Below are positions 11,623 through 25,023 of a stretch of DNA of 64,000 nucleotides, piece by piece; within the stretch, counting starts at the first letter, position 1; every line of letters starts with the position of its first letter. The stretch comes from Octopus bimaculoides (taxonomy: Eukaryota), in NCBI RefSeq assembly GCF_001194135.2, contig NC_068988.1:59448737-59512736 (forward strand), written 5' to 3'. A model generated the notes under the pieces. The model searched no databases, was not told where the DNA came from, and worked only from the letters and a program-made list of their open reading frames with translations. The position numbers and the translations under genes were made by a program.

Positions 11623-14600
11623 GGAGAGATAGTGAGAGAGATAGAAAGAGATGGAGAGAGGAAGAAATGCAGAAGTGACACATCTTGGCATTTTGTGTAA
11701 GTGTTTTATACAACCCTGATTCCACCCAGATCTCGTATAGAGTGGAACGGAATAGAATTTCATGCAATGGATTGTGTTGCTTATTCAACGTTTACAACTT
11801 TGTTTATCCGCTTATAAGCCATTTCTAAAACGCTATTTCATAAGCAGGTTGATCAGTGAACGAATAACTGAAAGAATTTTTATCTTCGAGCGAAAAACTT
11901 CCACCAACACCCTACACATATGCATATATGAATATATTGATGCATTTAAAATAGGCACATAGCTTGCACCATATGCTATAACATAATACATGTTATACCT
12001 TCCCCTTTCGATGCCTGACTTTGCTCAGGCAAAGATATGGAGACGTAGAGACTGAAACGGTGGTTGTGAGGCAGAGGTTGCGAAAAGGTGAACTGAATTG
12101 GGGTGTTGAATACACTCATTAGTTATTTTGGTAGTTTATCTCTAGACCAGAAAATAAAGTTGGCCTTAGTTTGACTTGAACTCGTAGCACAAAGGCTAGG
12201 AGAAAATACCATAGCAATTTTTTTTCTTAATTCGATCCTCTAACTCCAAATCAACAATAATATGCTAGTGACTTGAAATATACAGCAGTGATTTTTTTGG
12301 AAATTAAACATGCCCATACAATTCACCATGTACACTTTTCTTCTTGTTTATTAACTCCTAGTGACATATGATTTACTACCACTTACAAATTAATTGAATG
12401 TCAGTACGGGCTATGTGAACTCGAATTAGAAATGTAAAAGAATATTATGAAAAAATGTCTGATGTACTTCTACACAGAATGTACGGTCACGTTTATTTAC
12501 ATTGAGGTTAATTTCCAAGTCATCTAGATCATTGCTTGGTTATTCTTAGTCTCGTATAGTCTGACACAATTTCCCTTGAAGGTATAGTAAGTGAAAAAAG
12601 GTAAGAAGGTCATAGAGAAGAGATGCGCACGACTATTTACCAGAATATATTAAATCAGAAAATTTAATTACTCAGAAGCTCTTAACTTAGTATACTGGGA
12701 CACTAAATTTTACGGTACACCTTAACTCTTCTAATTAATGCAATACTTTACTGAAAAGTTTCTATAAAAGGATAGTAGCTAGTTGTGTCTAGGGAGGAAT
12801 GTGTATGTAAACTGAACACAGGGGTTGATTAATCCAGTATATTCATACATAAAGAATTTATGTATTTATCCAATGCGGCCTTCCCTTATCTACGTGTTCC
12901 TTCGATTATCGCTTCTTGGGACAGTACAGTAAAGAGAGATTCCACTGAATGGTTACTACAAACAACAGCTGTGTAGCAATCATTCAGCATACAGCGTACA
13001 GCCATTTACAATGTGCCAAGCTGTTGTCATATGTATAAATGCTATTGAAATTAATGTGAAAATAAAAATTCATTAAAATTAATAATTTAAGTATTAAGAG
13101 CTGATGGAATAGAGTTACCTGGAAACTGAGCAAAAGGAGAAATATGAGATAATGCTTCTTAGTTAGGGATATAATGGACAGTTTATATATGTGAAATTTC
13201 CCATTGACGTAAATCCGACAGTTGTACTAGATGAGTAAACAAGGGCAATGTTCTAATACATTCCAGGTGTTATACTAAGTGAACTTTTCTCTTGTCCAGA
13301 GTTCTAAGACTGACAGTTGGAGAACGAAAAGCATAATGTTCATTAAATGTTTGACCTCATGCAATTGCATCAAATGAGGTGAAATATGTAACATACAACC
13401 TGTGACTTAGAAAAGCGTAATGCAGACAAATGCTTGAAGTGAAGTATGCAATGTTTTATGTATTTTTTACATTGTGTTAAAAGATGCTGAAAGCAATGTT
13501 GTCTAGTTCATTTTAATTCACTTAAAAACTAGGTATGCATTAAGTATTTTGGTAAGTTTTTGTGCTTGAGATAAGCTGCCTATGTAGCAATCGAAAATCG
13601 TTTACTACGTTCATGAATGTATCGTGTGCAATTAGTGTTTTGAATCAAGATATTCCCTCTCCTTCGATTTTTCCTGCAGCAAGCGTAGGTTCTCGCGAAG
13701 ATGACAGCCAAGAAAATTTTTGATGATGTCCAGGTCTCACAACAAGATAGTTGTTGCTGGGGGAAAGAAAAATGTCAAACAAATAAATGTATAAATATCA
13801 CCAGAGTAGCCTTTTTTTTTCTACTGCGGAAGCACTTGATATCAGCGGCTCTGATATTCTTACGAACAATAAGCACTGCATTTATTAGAATTAATTGCGT
13901 CACAGACGCACTATAAATGTGCTTTCTCACGTTTGGGGAGACTAAACGGTTTGCGTGTGGGGTGATGAAGAAATTTAGATTTGCATTCCTTCGTATTCAT
14001 ATGCAGTGGCAAAACGTAAGGTAATTTTTGTTCCTTCCTCCCTTAGAATTGTCACTAACACCTTCATATAAGGGTGTATAAAACTGTATGCTGCATATAT
14101 TTTCTGCCATGTACAATGTTGCTAAATAGGAATGTATTGACTACAGTGGTATTTGCTTTTTCGAGCCTTTTCTGTCATCGGTAAGCCAACTTGCTTCAGT
14201 TTTATAACGCCGCAAAGAAAATGTTTAATTCGATTAGAAAAATAGATATAGAGAAATATTGTTATATTAAGGTCATTTATAGTTTAATGTAGATTTCATT
14301 ATAGAATGTTTTTTCGTGTGAATTTTTTATACTATTGAGACACACTCTAAGGCATGAATGCCTTACGTTTGTTTATATAAAGCGTACCAAGGGATGATTC
14401 TCTCTTCTAGGAAGCATGCAAAAGCAATAAGGAAAAATAGTATATTATTATGTAAATGAATACGCTAGCGAACACATCCATACTACAATCATAGAACAGT
14501 AAAATAACAAAAATATATCAAATTTCCATATATCAAAACCATCGTGTCCCTGGACGTTAGAGTTAACTCATAAATAATTTTTCAAATTTTTTAGCAAAAA

Positions 14601-15789
14601 TACAATGGATCGATTAGTTTTAATCAAATCAAATAATCTTATGCAGACACACATGAAAAGATGCAAAAGCAGAATACACAACCACACGCCCATAAATATA
14701 ACACGCCCCAACACACATACACAAACACACACACACATATACACACAAACTCACGCACATAAAAACACACACAAATGTAGAAAACGCCTTTATGTGTGCG
14801 TCAGTTCTAATATTTTTTCTTTTCTTTCTCGCTAAAGTACAGTATTAAGGGTAATGGAAACGGAGACTACGCAATAAAAGGGAAGAGAGAGACTTTAAAT
14901 TACAGTTAAGTGTGAGAGTGAAGTTATCGATAATAATTTCAGTGGGAGAGAAACGAATTGGATAAAGGAGAAATTGATGCTGCTACACATGCTCATAACC
15001 ACATATTTTTTCAAGCTATGGATCTTTAGTTTTCTTAAAAACGAACAATGAGTAAATCTAGATACATTTGTGGATTTGCATAAAGTAAAAAAGCCAACAT
15101 GTTTATATAAAATTTTGGTGTATGCTCGATCAAGGTCACAGTTTTGTTTGATTTTTGACGTATGAACAATATACTTGAGAAGATATAGTCAGCGCGGTTA
15201 TTTAAAATTCCGAATGTTTTCCGCTGTGTTGAGACCAATGTGTATGTTCAAATTATATGGTGCATATAAAATGTGTATAGGCTTAAGAGATCACCGGTTC
15301 AACGAAACAAACCTAAACACATGTAACGGAGTGGGCAGAGACGACAATGTTCGTCTTTGAGTTTAGTGTATAGATTAAGATAAAATATGTGTCCTATATC
15401 TCATGTGGGATTCGAATGTTGTGTCCATTAATGTACAGGAAAATGTTGCACCATCGCGCGATGGACTGGAATTGCACATCTACTGTAAATCTCATGGCTA
15501 TGCTAGGGACAGCTAAGGTATTCATACAGTTCTATCACATAGTTCAGTGATAGGTTTAAGTGACCATGAGTACAATCGTTTGAAGGACAATAAATTGTAA
15601 TGGTTTTGATCAACCGTATAGTATGCTGCATATTACTTTAAATGTTTCGCTAATATTCCTTGCGTGTGCGTGATTAACCTGAATAACATCAATTATATGT
15701 GACTTACAGTAATTTTGGAGGGAACAATTTATAACAGGATTTAATGAATCATTGCACACATGAATTGACCTCTCCTCAGTATACACATG

Positions 15790-16070
15790 CTGTGGCGAAT
15801 GTCATTGTTCACCAGAGTTCGAACATTAGTCGCCGACCACATCTTATTTGGCAAAGTATTTCATTCACTTTCAATGATTATCATAGTTAACGTTTTTAAT
15901 GCGTTATGTTTATTGCGGTATCCTTATAGTTATAGTGTTATAAGATATATAATGTGTTTTTCTCTTGCAACATTTAGAAAGTTGTCAGTTTCTATATTGC
16001 TATTATCCGCCCATAAAGTAACAATGATTTCATTTCAATTAATTCCTTCTGTTAGCATATTATATAGTCA
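15790..16070 (-). pseudogene. Possible Tc1/mariner transposase N-terminal relic
   Basis: Minus frames give EIIVTLWADNSNIETDNFLNVAR and TNVRTLVNNDIRHS, resembling the HTH region (..FLNVARSFV..TIRRIVHEDIRYKS) of the same transposase type as 4.7-5.1 kb. Confidence 0.4.
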
Positions 16071-16827
16071 AGGAGAACCTAAAAGAAATAACAATCTTTC
16101 TATTGGTTTCACAAGAGTAATATACTGATAATTAAGCATGCTCAGGTACTCTTCGTACACTAACTATAATATAATGAAGGAAGTTAGGAGTCTGCACTTC
16201 CTTTACTAAGAACACTGCACATTTTATCCTGGGTCATGACCGAGAATAACAGATATATTTCAGGAACCTATACATTTGTACTGGTTTAGCCATTAAGTTG
16301 GCTAGCAATGCTACATACAATCAAGTAAAACATCGTGGAAAGATACACGCTATTTGTAAATGGATCAAAGTGATGCTGATTATTTGTAGCTAATAGAACA
16401 GCGCATTCTCTTTAGATCTAAGAATTACACCCCGCCATTTCATTCCAGATCCGAAATTTTAGCCAATAAAAGCACAAGAATAACTTTATTTCGGCGAAGT
16501 AGAGAGTGCCAGCCTCTCTGGATTGTATAGCTCTCTTGCGAACATCCAGCTCCTTGTCTGTGAATACTCTACTCCAAGTCGATTAATTATAATTTTAATG
16601 GGCAAATGGGAGCTACCCTTGGCTTGTTTTCCTTTTCTTTCTTTTCCTGTTTATATTCACCTTTCACTTTCTCGTTCCGCTATTTACATCAATCTTCACG
16701 TTTTTTCGTTATTCTCTTTCTTGTTTTTTTATAGAACCGCGTGTTGCTTCTCAGACCGTGTGTGTTCACTTTGACAGACTGCTTGGAGACTAATGTATGT
16801 CATATAAATATGTCGAAACTTTAGGTG

Positions 16828-16912
<85 letters not shown>

Positions 16913-18141
16913 TGTGTGTGTGTGAATGTATGTATTAATTTATCCTCACTTGAAAGTAGATCTTGTTAGAACACAGATTAACGGTTCATTTACCATCACT
17001 TAAGTTCTCATATCGGCTTGTGGTACATGTACGCACACGGGTGATGTCCGAAATGAAAAAAGCGTTATGTAGTCAAGGTTAACAATCTTATATTGAAGAA
17101 GTAATCGAAACCGAATTTCTATTCGTAGAATAATCTGATGACAATGCTTACCGTGAATATGTAAACAAATTATGAAAATGCATTTCGATTTTGTTAGATT
17201 CGTTTGATTTATAAAATTACAATACATGCCCTCGATACGTATTCCATGCGATGCATGCTTAATGAGTATATGTAAGCGTACATTGATACGTTTATAAACA
17301 GACACACACACACATGCATCTATTCATCTACCCNNNNNNNNNNNNNNNNNNNNNNNNNNNNNNNNNNNNNNNNNNNNNNNNNNNNNNNNNNNNNNNNNNN
17401 NNNNNNNNNNNNNNNNNNNNNNNNNNNNNNNNNNNNNNNNNNNNNNNNNNNNNNNNNNNNNNNNNNNNNNNNNNNNNNNNNNNNNNNNNNNNNNNNNNNN
17501 NNNNNNNNNNNNNNNNNNNNNNNNNNNNNNNNNNNNNNNNNNNNNNNNNNNNNNNNNNNNNNNNNNNNNNNNNNNNNNNNNNNNNNNNNNNNNNNNNNNN
17601 NNNNNNNNNNNNNNNNNNNNNNNNNNNNNNNNNNNNNNNNNNNNNNNNNNNNNNNNNNNNNNNNNNNNNNNNNNNNNNNNNNNNNNNNNNNNNNNNNNNN
17701 NNNNNNNNNNNNNNNNNNNNNNNNNNNNNNNNNNNNNNNNNNNNNNNNNNNNNNNNNNNNNNNNNNNNNNNNNNNNNNNNNNNNNNNNNNNNNNNNNNNN
17801 NNNNNNNNNNNNNNNNNNNNNNNNNNNNNNNNNNNNNNNNNNNNNNNNNNNNNNNNNNNNNNNNNNNNNNNNNNNNNNNNNNNNNNNNNNNNNNNNNNNN
17901 NNNNNNNNNNNNNNNNNNNNNNNNNNNNNNNNNNNNNNNNNNNNNNNNNNNNNNNNNNNNNNNNNNNNNNNNNNNNNNNNNNNNNNNNNNNNNNNNNNNN
18001 NNNNNNNNNNNNNNNNNNNNNNNNNNNNNNNNNNNNNNNNNNNNNNNNNNNNNNNNNNNNNNNNNNNNNNNNNNNNNNNNNNNNNNNNNNNNNNNNNNNN
18101 NNNNNNNNNNNNNNNNNNNNNNNNNNNNNNNNNNNNNNNNN

Positions 18142-18196
<55 letters not shown>

Positions 18197-21100
18197 CTTT
18201 ATACACAATAACTCACGCTTTCATTGAACATACAGTTACAACGTTATATATTCTCGGTACATTTTTTTCCATTCTTTTACAGCTGAATGCAGTTCGTATT
18301 CTTATTAGTATCTTCCGTGTTTTATTAATGCTATAGTGCGAAGGTCAAGAAAAGCTACATACATATTCTCAGACAATATATTGCGTTGATAAGACGTAAA
18401 AGTTTTGATCAGATTAGACGTGCAAAAGTTACTGTGAAAGAACCTTTCGTTCTTTAACAATCAGTATAAAATGTGTATATAAAACGTGCCTGTTGTGGCC
18501 ACTACAATAATGTGTGTATGTGTGTGTGAGAGAGTGTGTGCATGTGTATGTGTGTGTGCATATGTATATATTCATGCCGGCACAAATCCAAATGTATATG
18601 TGTGGGATTGTGCATGTCTGCGTCTGTGTTCGTGTATGTGTGTGTATGTGTGTATGTGCATGTGGCTGTGTATGTTTATACGCAGACATGTAGACTCATG
18701 TCTCAGAGACAATGTATCTGAGAGATTTTGATTCGGTATCAACATCTTAAACATCAGCTTGAGAGATTACGTTAAGTAAAATTGTGACTGTAAGAAGAGG
18801 CCGCAAAGGTGATGTATTAGTTAGAACTATGTCCATGAGAAACGAATCAATCATTGGAAAGCATAATCACTGGAAAGTAAAAAGATTCACAAATCGACAA
18901 ATGCAAGTTCTCTTCACCCCGTATGCCCATATACCACTTGCATTCTGAACATACACGATGTCACAAATGAGAGAGTTAAGCCAAGAAACATTTTGCAGTT
19001 TCAGGACTAAAATGAATCCGTTCTGTATCATATAGCTTAAATTGTGATAAATAATAAATATAGATTACAACGTTCAGTACTGAAAGTGAGCCTCCATAAA
19101 GTGTACTAGAGTTGATGACCGCATTTCGTTTCAAAGACCTAGGATCATAAATAGATTGTAGAATTAGTACCAGATCACAAGCTTCAGTTATGGCATAAGG
19201 ACAATGAATTAAAGCCATACGTTTCAAGACATGGTTTTAAATAAATGATATATTTACGAAGAGACCCATATCAACGACAAGAAATCCTCGTGAGAGTGAT
19301 AATTAGATGTAAAAATATAAATATATATATATATGTGTGTGTGTGTTTGTGTGCGTGTGTGTGTGTGTGTATATATATATATGTATGTATATATATATGT
19401 ATGTGTATGTATGTATGTATGTATGTACGTACGTACGTATGTATGTATGTATGTATGTATGTATGTATGTATGTATTTGGCAGATTTGTATAATATAACG
19501 TATTTCTATGCAATCCTTGAATCTCAGTATACCATGCAGTTTGGCATATTTGAAAAGAAGCACGTTGGTGTAGGACAAATCGTGAGAAAAGAAAGGTCAT
19601 AAAACGAAGACATGCGCCCCGTTTATCTGTAGAAATGTTAATAAATGGAGACAGTGAAGAATAATATAACGGAAAGATGGTCAAAATTTCCGAGATATCT
19701 ACACAATCTTGAGAAGGTCGGTGTCCTCCAGATCACGATAAGGTATTGTCCATGTGCATTGCATGTATTGTTTCAAAATATCGCAGCTGAAATTAAGTAC
19801 GAGAGTGGAATAAATAGATCCACTTTTCTATAGTTGAATGTATGTAGTGTGCAGTTGGTATTCCGATCCCATACACTTCTGTCCAATTTAGCTGGATTGC
19901 TTTTATCAGTTTGAAAGAATTCTTGTGGTTTGCATAATGGCTTCCAATAAACTCGTGTAATTTTTCTTATCGTTTACGCTATCTTGCCATACCGCTGTGA
20001 CTTTGGCAAAATAAATGACTGAGTTTTCGAAACACGTCCGATCGATCATGGAAAATTCAATGTCTTGTGAGTTACATGGTAAATTATGTTATCTGAAAGG
20101 CATGAAACTATTAGTACACGTCTACTAAAATCTTCCAACAAATAATTACTTTTTACTACTCTAGTATTCGTTTTTTGCATCTGTTTTCGATTTTATTTCA
20201 TCTGCCTCACTTATATCTATAATGATGAATTTTAGATTCCTTCTTCCATTAATCACAAGAATCAGGTAGATGTTTAGATTTCAATTAGGAGTTGAAATTA
20301 TACCTAGGTTTGAAATCTTAATTTGTCGAATGCAATTTTACAATGACAATTTATTGTGTGAAACGGTTCGTTACATAGAAGCCCATTTTCCAGCAATGCT
20401 ACCTGTTCTGTTAGAATGTAATATTTTTATGACATAGTATGAATGTTCAAAGGTAATTGTCTCAGGTTTAGTTCCAGGCAAGGGCGTTTAGAAGCAGGTG
20501 GCTGGTCGATAACATTTAACCTAGTGTGCAACTGTTACTTATTCTAACAGCATCAAAATGGATGAAAGGCAAAATCGATCTTAGTGACATTTGAACTCAA
20601 AGCGTAAAGAACTAGCAGAAACCTCGCTAAGTGTTTTGTTAGTTAACGATTCTTCTAGCTCACCGCCTTAGGCGACTTAAAAGCAATGGTGCATTATCTT
20701 CAATAGCAGGTGAACGCTCTCAGCTTAATATTCATTGTATACAAAACATGTCCCTGATTGTTTTGAAATACTCTTCAATTTGTAAATTGTAAAAGAATTA
20801 AAACATCCCAATGCTTAAATTAAATAAACAAAACCCTCTGTATGAAATGGAACGTTTATGAATGAAAGAAAGTAAATATTTCGTATTCAAAATGGAACAA
20901 TATATTTTGACATGATATTCATTGTATATATCTATGGTAGACTTAATCTTTGAGACTTAGGACAATCACGTTTAGTTTACGATGAATTAAATTCAGGGAT
21001 ATATAGACCAATGTGTCCTAAACACATTTGTAAGCTGCGGTGTGAGTTGTGTGTGATTTAGTTGCTCTATCTAAATGTAAAATGAAAGTGCAGAGACTTC

Positions 21101-21680
21101 AGCCGTTTGGCAATTTTTCGATACACCATGACAATTGTGGATTAAACGCTATTCAATATATTTTTGCATGCCCGGTTTAAAGTAAATACGTAGCGGATCT
21201 ATCTGGAATAAGATGAACAAATCAATAATATCGTTGAAATAATACTATTTCACGTCCATGTAAGATAATACTTGATGAAACAAAATCGATATTTCTTCAA
21301 AAATATAGTTGGAATTGCAGAAATGTCTTCGTCACAAATCTTCATATGTTTTCAAATCTCATAGATCTCATAGATATTTTGTTCTTTAAGATTTCAACTT
21401 GTAACATATACATGAAAATGTTTCAGCACGTATGTTTGTAAATATACGCCTCTGTGTGTATCTGTATGCGTGTGTGTATATGTATATGGAACATATATAT
21501 ATACACACACATGAGACGACAAACAAAAGAAAGACGCACTCGACACATTTAGTAGAGGTTATAAACATTGCATATATTATTATTTAGAAGTGATTTATTC
21601 GGCTACTTGTGATTGAAAGCATTGTAGACTTCTTACAGAAATGTAGATCGTTCGGCTAAGAAACCAGTCAACTAACTGTC

Positions 21681-21884
21681 AGATGCAATGAATCTTTAAG
21701 TCGCATGAGGCCGAATGAAATTCATTTAAATAATTACGGAAATGCCTTACTTATACAGAATAGAATGTATATACCTAGGTTTCTGTGAGATGCAATGAAT
21801 CTTTAAGTCGCATGAGGCCGAATGAAATTGTTTTAAATAATTACAGAAATGCCTTACTTATACAGAATAGAATGTATATACCTA
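21681..21884. repeat. 107-bp tandem duplication (about 2 copies)
   Basis: agatgcaatgaatctttaagtcgcatgaggccgaatgaaatt... begins at 21681 and again at 21788, near-identical. Confidence 0.92.
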
Positions 21885-22374
21885 CTAGGTCGGTGAATTG
21901 AACGGTACCAGTAGATACCGTGGTAATGTCGAATATATCTTGCATGTCCTCTTTCACGGAATACTTTAACTCGAATTAATTTTTCTAGCCGTTAGCATAT
22001 CTTCCCCCTCTTCGCAAAGATTTGAATTTTTCATGGTCATTAATAGTGACTTGTGCCAGGTGATGTGGTTAATGGGAGCATAATAGAAATATCTAAATGA
22101 TTGGATTCATCTTTCTATTGCTAATATTGGTGAGTCAATCAAATACTTCGTTAGCATTAGACCATAAGTTACGTTTCATAATATTCTTTAATGTGGGTAT
22201 GCACTTATCAATGATGTGCTCATTAATTCTGCCTAAATCCGATTTTTAAATTGTTTGGTATGATGGATTTTAGTTAGACAAATTTTAGACCTATCCTCTA
22301 AATTTAATTTTCCAGTATCTTGTAGGCTGCAAGTTCAAATCAACTCGGTCATTCTTATATGATATGATATGATG

Positions 22375-22414
<40 letters not shown>

Positions 22415-22444
22415 TATACATATATATTTTCCCTCCATTTACTT

Positions 22445-22489
<45 letters not shown>

Positions 22490-23344
22490 GCAGCTGCCTA
22501 TTATGAATTATGTGATATATAGATACACATATATATCGATATACATTCATATCTGTGTTACTTGCCATTTTATCTATATTATCGACTACAAAGTTGAATT
22601 GCTGTTGATTGAGTATGAGTAGACCAATATAAAACAACTTCGTTTCGGAAAAAGAATCTTTTACCAAAGTAAAATAAAGCCATGGGTTTCTTATATAGAT
22701 ATTCATACTTGGCAAAGTTTGTAATAACCCAACCAGACACTCCGTTTTGAGCTACCGATTATATTGATTGTGTGCACAATTTTCTATAGATAATTTGGCT
22801 ATTTAGTAACTTTAAACAAGACGTGAATGGAGAAAGATTTTATCGTAAACACTAGCTGAGAGTCTATGTTTTTGAAATCGCTATTAATACATGCAAATAA
22901 TGTTTTGTAAATTTTGTTTTTCTGGAATTTAGAAAAAATAATTTAGCATTTGACAATTCGGCTAGCTCGATGGGGAGATTTTCAAGAATGATGACGAAAT
23001 TAGTTATATCCTCTCGAATTATATCGCATTTAACTACAATATATGTGAGGCCAAAACTTCAATTTCCCGCTGTTGATAAAGCAAGATAATATATCAATCA
23101 CATATGGGGGACGATTGAATAGTCTTGACTTTCCACCAATTATTGTGGTTTCCTACTAATATAAAGAATCTCAATATTTTTCTCAATTTCACACCCCACT
23201 TACCAGTCAAATTTGAAAAACTATGTGTGTGTGTGTGTGTGTATGTGCGTGCGTGTATGTGTGTGCATGTCTGTCTGTATATCTATGTGTGTGCTTGTGT
23301 GCGCGTATGTGTCTGTGGGTATGTAAATATGTGTGTGTGTTTAA

Positions 23345-23553
23345 GGCGGCGAGATGGCAGAATCGTTAGCACGCGAGGAAAATGCTTAGTGGCATTTTCT
23401 CCGTCGTTGCGTTCTAAATTGAAACTCATCTGAGTTCGACTTTATCTTTCATCCTTTCCGGGTCGATAAAATAAAGTACCAATTATATACTGTGATCGAT
23501 GACTTAGTCCTTCCTCGATGTTGATTCCTTTGTGCCAAAGTTTGAAGCCGATA
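23345..23553 (+). mobile_element. SINE family A copy (well preserved)
   Basis: ggcggcgagatggcagaatcgttagcacgc head (A-box-like TGGCAGAATCG) and ttttatctttcatcctttccgggtcgataaaataaagtacc core. Confidence 0.85.
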
Positions 23554-24187
23554 CTTGTGTGTGTGTGTGTATGTTTGTGTGTGTGCGTGTGTGCGTGTGT
23601 GTAAATGAAAAAAAAACTGCTGTTGCAAATAAATTGTAAGGGCAATTAATTCATCGTATATTTGTCACGGAGAATAATGTTTTTTAATAAGCTGTTCGAA
23701 TTGTTACTTTTGGTTTCTTTTTTTTTTTTGCTTTTTTTTAACCAGCTGATGGGGATAATAGTCTAGCGTTAAGTAAGCGTAGTATTTTAGATTTATTCTA
23801 TTTGAAATTGTAAAAAATAGAGATGTTTTTTCTTTTTCAGTTATAATCGAGAAAATGTATAAATTGGCGCCGGCACTTCTGTGAACGAATTATTCAAATA
23901 TTTTGCTTAGAACTAAATTTAATCTCAAATCTAAGCAACTCTACTAAAGCTATCCGTTTGAATCAATCGTAATTTGTTCTAAAGTGCTGCTGAATGGCAA
24001 TGCTATCTTAGAAGAGTTCAAGGTTAAATAATATGATGTGTGTATCTATTTTAGCAAGTCTCTTACAAAAAAAAAAAAGAATATTCAAATTTAAGCCTGG
24101 TCATCGATCCGTTGTTGTTGTTTAGGTCAGATCTGAGCGTTTATACATATGATCCAGTTACTATGTGTGTATGTATGTACATATGTG

Positions 24188-25023
24188 TATATAAAATTAG
24201 TGTACATTTAAACACAAAAGAGGCAACCTTTAACAGGCAGCTTTACACGATAGAAGGAGCAGTCAAAACGACCAAAACCACATTTAAGAGCAATTTCGAA
24301 GGGAATGCAAAATAAAAACTTTTACCTTGTCTTTTTTTTTAATGCCGTACTTAGGTTCCTAACTCTAATTAGCAAATAAAATATTTTGTTAGGTGGAGTT
24401 CTTAACAGTGGCTACGTCAAAACATTAACATGCAATCTAGAGACAGAATAACACGTGTCTCATCATTATATATTATAATTCTTCAAATTCACCGCGCTAG
24501 TGCGGTTATAGTCGGCAGTAAATGACAAAATGCCGAATTAATCTCCCGAAATTGTTAAAATCATATTTGTAAAATAGAGGGTAGCGAATTTTTAGAAATT
24601 TCACAACCTAGCATGTATAAAAAGTCAATAGACAACATATTCTCCATATGAAATTAGTGTACATTTAAAAGAAGCGACCTTTGCAAGGTGAATTTGAAAA
24701 ATTATAATATATAATGATGAGAAACGTGTTATTCTGTCTCGAGATTATATGTTAATGTTTTGGTGTAGCCACTGAAGAAAACTCCACCTAGCATATTATT
24801 TTATTTGCTAATTAGAGTTTGAAATCTAGGTTTGGTTGTAAAAAAAAACAAGGTAAAATATTTTATTTTTCATTCCCTTCGAAATTGCTCTTGAATGTGG
24901 TTTTGGTCGCTTTTGACTGCTCCTTCTAGCGTGTAAGGCTGCCTGTTAAGGGTCGCTTCTTTTGTGTTTAAATCTCCATTAATTTATTTTATATGGAGAA
25001 TATGTTGTCTATTGACTTTTTAT
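24188..25023. mobile_element. Long palindromic (foldback/MITE-like) element, arms ~24188-24493 and ~24687-24994
   Basis: Right arm is the reverse complement of left arm over ~300 bp, e.g. gaaggagcagtcaaaacgaccaaaaccacatttaagagcaatttcgaagggaatg vs cattcccttcgaaattgctcttgaatgtggttttggtcgcttttgactgctccttc. Confidence 0.88.
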
